A stretch of DNA of 64,000 nucleotides, from NCBI RefSeq assembly GCF_009914755.1, contig NC_060932.1; one strand, given 5' to 3'. The translations under genes were made by a program, and so were the position numbers. The notes under the pieces were generated by a model. That model saw only the letters and a list, made by a program, of their open reading frames with translations. It was not told the DNA's origin and did not search any database. Shown here one piece after another: positions 59,196-64,000 of the stretch; position 1 is the stretch's first letter, and every line of letters starts with the position of its first letter. This DNA is from the human T2T-CHM13v2.0 reference genome, Homo sapiens.

Positions 59196-60229
59196 CCTAT
59201 ATTGTGATATAGAACGGAAGAATTGGTACTGTTCTAAGCAGAACAATAAAGGAGCACTCTTTTCTCCTCTAAGTGGAGGAATATTTTCTGGTAGTTCTTG
59301 CACATTAGTCTGGAGGCAAAAAAAAAAAAAAAATGGTTTTTGCCATACGGATGACTCTAAGCTAGGTACCAGGGGCTGTGCTTACTGGCATTAAAGTAAA
59401 GACATATGAGGCAGCAACTGCAATGACACAGAAGTAACCCTTGCTTTAGCTTATGATGGTGGTTATTCTCTAATACTTAACAACCTTCTACAGTGACATA
59501 TTCAGCAAATTAAATGGAGATGCCCCATCCCTGCATCTCTGAAATCTCTGAATGTGGCACTAATCTGCAATTCCTGTAAAGATGCAGTATTTCTTTGGTT
59601 TACTGTCCTGGTAGAAAGACGTTTAATCAGGTTCCACTTAATTTTGCTATATAATTGCCTTCACTCCAAAGATAAGGGGGCCAATAGGAGAATTCTCCTG
59701 GCTGCCAAGTACGTGCATTGTAATTAGCCACCTTCTATGGAAACTACACATGGACGGTCTGCAGCGCTGCTTAGATCCCTGTGGCATAGGCTGGGGCCAA
59801 ATTTCCAAATGATACTTAATCACCATAGTTCCACAGTTTGACTTTGGGACCCCGGAACAATGTCATGTATATATACTCTAGGTCTTCTTTAAGTCTTCTC
59901 CAAATAAACCTACCTCCAGGAACTAGGGTATTTGTACATTGGAGAAAGAGAAACTCCTCAGTTTTGGGGGGATTAGTAAATGCTTGAAACAAGTTGATGT
60001 TAGTTCCTGGTGACCCAAGGTCAAATTAGGGGATAATGGGGATCAAAGACAAATGGAATTTTGATTCAAGTCTGTGGGTCTCAGTGATCACACAGCAGGT
60101 AAAAAGTGATATCTCATCCCGAGCAGCCACAGGTGTGGGTCAACGCGATGTTACTTCACACTATGGGATACATGAGTTGCATTTCCAGCAGCAAGAAGCC
60201 AGGAACCACATTAAAGACCAAGGACATTT

Positions 60230-60548
<319 letters not shown>

Positions 60549-60635
60549 AAAAGAAGAAGACCTAGAACATAACCAAAGTGATCTCAGAATCCTGCCTTTT
60601 AATTTTGTTTCCTGTCCAAGGAAATCTCCCATGAC

Positions 60636-61207
60636 TGTATCAATCAGGAAAACAGAGAGTACATCAGGTATTTCAAACAGAGAGGGTTAATACAGGGAAT
60701 TGTTTTCAGACATGTTAGAAAATTAAAAGACTGCCAAAAGGAGATCATGCAGACATCCCAAAGTAATAACTGCAGGAAATAGCTGCAATCTTCATGGCTT
60801 GGGGGAAAGTGGTAATTAATAAAACCTGAGAGCTCTGAGGAGGAGCTCCCACAGACTCGGTGCTCACCCTGGGAGGGAGGATGTGAACCGCTCTTTCCTC
60901 AGGAACATGGACAAGGGTCCTGGGAGGTTGGTGCTCAGGTGTCTGAGTTGAAACACTGCGGCAACTGCTTCTTGGACCTCTGTGGGTATCTTAGACTTCC
61001 ACACTGAGTCAGATTCCAGAAGTTAAAAGGAAACTGGATTCTGAAGAGGGGCTACTGTTGGAACCAACAGCTGTTCCCAGGACCATGCTACAGAACAGGA
61101 AAACAGGAAAGAATAACCTCCTTCTTCTACCTACTCTCCTGCACTGACCGAACCCCGCAGAAAGGCATCGAAGAAATCTCGTTTGCAAAATTTACACTTC
61201 TGCCACA
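60636..61207 (-). mobile_element. Ancient LTR (LTR78/LTR85/MamGyp-like)
   Basis: tgtatcaatcaggaaaacagag...ggtatttcaaacagagagggttaatacagggaattg ... ctgccaca. Confidence 0.55.
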
Positions 61208-61919
61208 TACAGGAGGGTAACTTTGGAGCTCGAGGAAACAGGCAGGTATTCAGCAGCATGCAATCTAAGTTTTGTTTTTGAAAGACCAAAAGCTCTGGTT
61301 GTTGCGTAGAAAATAAACCATAAGAGCAAGACAGGAAGGAAGAAGAAAAGTCTTCATTAAGCTACTGCATTTGTGCCAGATTATTAAGTAGAGGGAAGAT
61401 AGGAGAGAATGCTGAAACTTAAGAATGTCTTTATAAAATCGTGTGAGAAATAATATTTTGGCAAGCGAAGTTCTCAAAACAAAGGCTAAACGCATAATAA
61501 CAAATTGCACACACATTGCCTCTTGTAACTTATTAATGAAAGATTGTGCTGCTGAAGAATTATCTCAGTCATTTTTACAATGAAGAGGATCTGAGTAATG
61601 TCCCCATGGTGAAGCTGGCACATTACTGTTTGCTAACTAGGTCGCATGATGGATACTGCTGCATTCTCAATTCCTCACTGAGCCAGAGGGAGGAAAATCA
61701 CCACTTCAGAAGGATAAGTAATTCAGTCCTTAACTCTGCAGCTGCGAACCCATTTTGAGTCTAACCTGTTCTCATCTTTGGGTTCAGACATGTTTACACA
61801 TGCCAGCATTTGCGGGGATGGGGTTGGGGACACCAGGGGTATATGTCCATAAGGAACTAGAAATAATTCATTGCAAAGAAAGAAAAATTAAAACCTAAGA
61901 GTTTGACTCAGTAACAGCA

Positions 61920-62130
61920 ACTGAAATATTTTGAGCCCTTATCAAGGGGCAGATTCTGTGTTAACTGCTTTATGTGTGTTAGTGCCTTAACCCTCACTGC
62001 TGCAGGATTGCTGATATGATGGGGCCAGCTCTGGAGATAGGAAGACAGGTTCAGTGGGTTTAAGTACCTTGTCTATCATTGCACATTTCATAAGCTTCGG
62101 GGCTAGAGGTTGAACCTCGATTAGCTCCAG
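61920..62130 (-). mobile_element. MIR SINE
   Basis: ttttgagcccttat ... gagataggaagacaggttcagtgggtttaagtaccttgtc. Confidence 0.6.
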
Positions 62131-62199
62131 ACATCACACATTTATCCACAAGAGCAGGACCCCTGGAGAGTGTTGAAAATGTGCTCACACCTCCTACAT

Positions 62200-62500
62200 C
62201 CAGCGCCTTGGGAGACGCCCAGCACCTGACTCTGTGGCTTGTGCTGGCACCGTGGGGCCCGTCTTCTTGCTGTCACCACCATGTGAAGAAGCTCAGGTCA
62301 GCCTGCTGGATCCTGGAAGGCTTGTGGCCCAGCTCCCCTTCCACTCTGGCCAACAGCCTGCTAATCACATGCATGAGCATGTCCTCGGTCAGCCAGCCCT
62401 GGGAGAGCTCACCGGCTGACCTCAAGCCTACAGGCAGACCCTTCAGAGATCAGCCCAGCCTTTCTAGCACAGAAGAGCCTCCTGGTCAGCCCACAGAACA
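62200..62500 (+). mobile_element. MLT1F/G-like LTR fragment
   Basis: caccatgtgaagaagctcaggtcagcctgctgga ... agagatcagc ... agcccacagaa. Confidence 0.6.
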
Positions 62501-63090
62501 TACAAATACCGTACATCGGCCTCTAATCAAGACGAGGAACCAGACTCAAGGTGTCCAGGGGTGGGTTCTGAATAAGATGCCCCTTGGATTTTTCCCTAGT
62601 TAACAAACGACATGAGGGGCCTCAAACAAAAGGGACAGAAATTACAGGACCAGTAAATTTGTGGAAAAAGTCAACATCACTATGTAATAATTGAATGTGA
62701 ATGAAAAGTACAGAGACGTTAATATCCCACCAATTTGAAAATGATGAAAAAGAATTATGCCTTGTGTGATTCTGAAGAAGTAGCACGTCTTCTACCTACT
62801 GCTGAAATAAATATAAACTCACTCACTGGTGTTTTTGGAAATATACATCAAAGCCTAGGGAAAATGTAGATCATTTGCATAGCTAGGAATTTATGCCAGA
62901 AAAGAAAATAACAGAGCACCCAAGGGTATAATCATAAGGGGTTTGTCCCTGTGTTTTTCTAGTAGGCAATTCTCAGAAAGTAAAACAAAGGCCAAACAAT
63001 AAGGGGGCTGCTTAAAGAAAATTTGCCATCTCTACACAACAGAATACTACTCGGTCATTTAAGAATTCTGCTGTAGAAAGTACTTAATCA

Positions 63091-63396
<306 letters not shown>

Positions 63397-64000
63397 TTAA
63401 TAAAACATAAAGTTACTTGAAATATATTAAGTAAAACATAGGTTAATAAATAAACCTGTTTGTGCCCAAATATCAGCTGTCTATGACGGCCCTGAGTTAC
63501 TTTTCAGAGGGTAGCCTTTTGATTCCATTAAAACATTTCTCATCTGCACATGGCTCTGTCAACCACATTCTTATTCTGAAGCACCACTTGGGGAGGATGC
63601 ATTATTGTGAGGAATGTAATTGTAGATGCTTTTGAAGTTAGATCCCCAAAACACAAAATAATAGGCAGAAACAGTAACATAGATCTGGCAAATATTCTTG
63701 GTTGTATGACTACAAGATAAAAGGTATTTAATGCCACTGTAGAAAGCATTTTAAAGACCTCCTTTAAAGGCAGAATGAGACTGGCTGCATTGCAGAGGTC
63801 ACGAGACCCTGAGTGTAATCAACAGGGGAGGAGAAAAAAAAAAAAAAAGAACAGATCCTAATGTTATGCAAATGGGTCCTCTGGACCTCAGATAAAATTT
63901 CCAGCAACAGCATCTGATGCATTCTAAAGGTGTTATATTTTGAACAATTAAGAGGCAGTGAAGAGATGTATTCTTGAAGACAGTGTTGAGAGACTCAAAA

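Noticed and set aside
62181-62603. 140-aa ORF
   Set aside because: Overlaps an MLT1 LTR fragment and starts at GTG

Overview
Primate (human/ape-like) intergenic or deep-intronic DNA, AT-rich and dominated by decayed transposable elements. These include nine Alu copies or fragments, many L1/L2/MIR pieces, a near full-length L1MA, a full-length HSMAR2 mariner fossil, MER82/MER5A/MER58A DNA elements and several solo LTRs (LTR12C, THE1, MER4, MLT1/MLT2, MER87-like). I can support no protein-coding gene, RNA gene or CRISPR array. The ORF track is explained by repeats or chance, and the only protein-like signals are dead HSMAR2 transposase, L1 ORF1/ORF2 and ERVL/MaLR gag remnants. I found no convincing novel biological system. 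The best leads are: a fused tail-to-tail inverted Alu pair (4319-4835); an LTR12C missing its NF-Y/TATA core but keeping its CpG-rich arm (1327-2230); a two-subunit minisatellite with higher-order structure (50817-51262); a textbook-like TATA core promoter in unique DNA (~35000-35230); and several small templated-insertion or fold-back scars. Repeat family names come from my recall of consensus sequences, not a search, so subfamily calls and boundaries of old elements are approximate.
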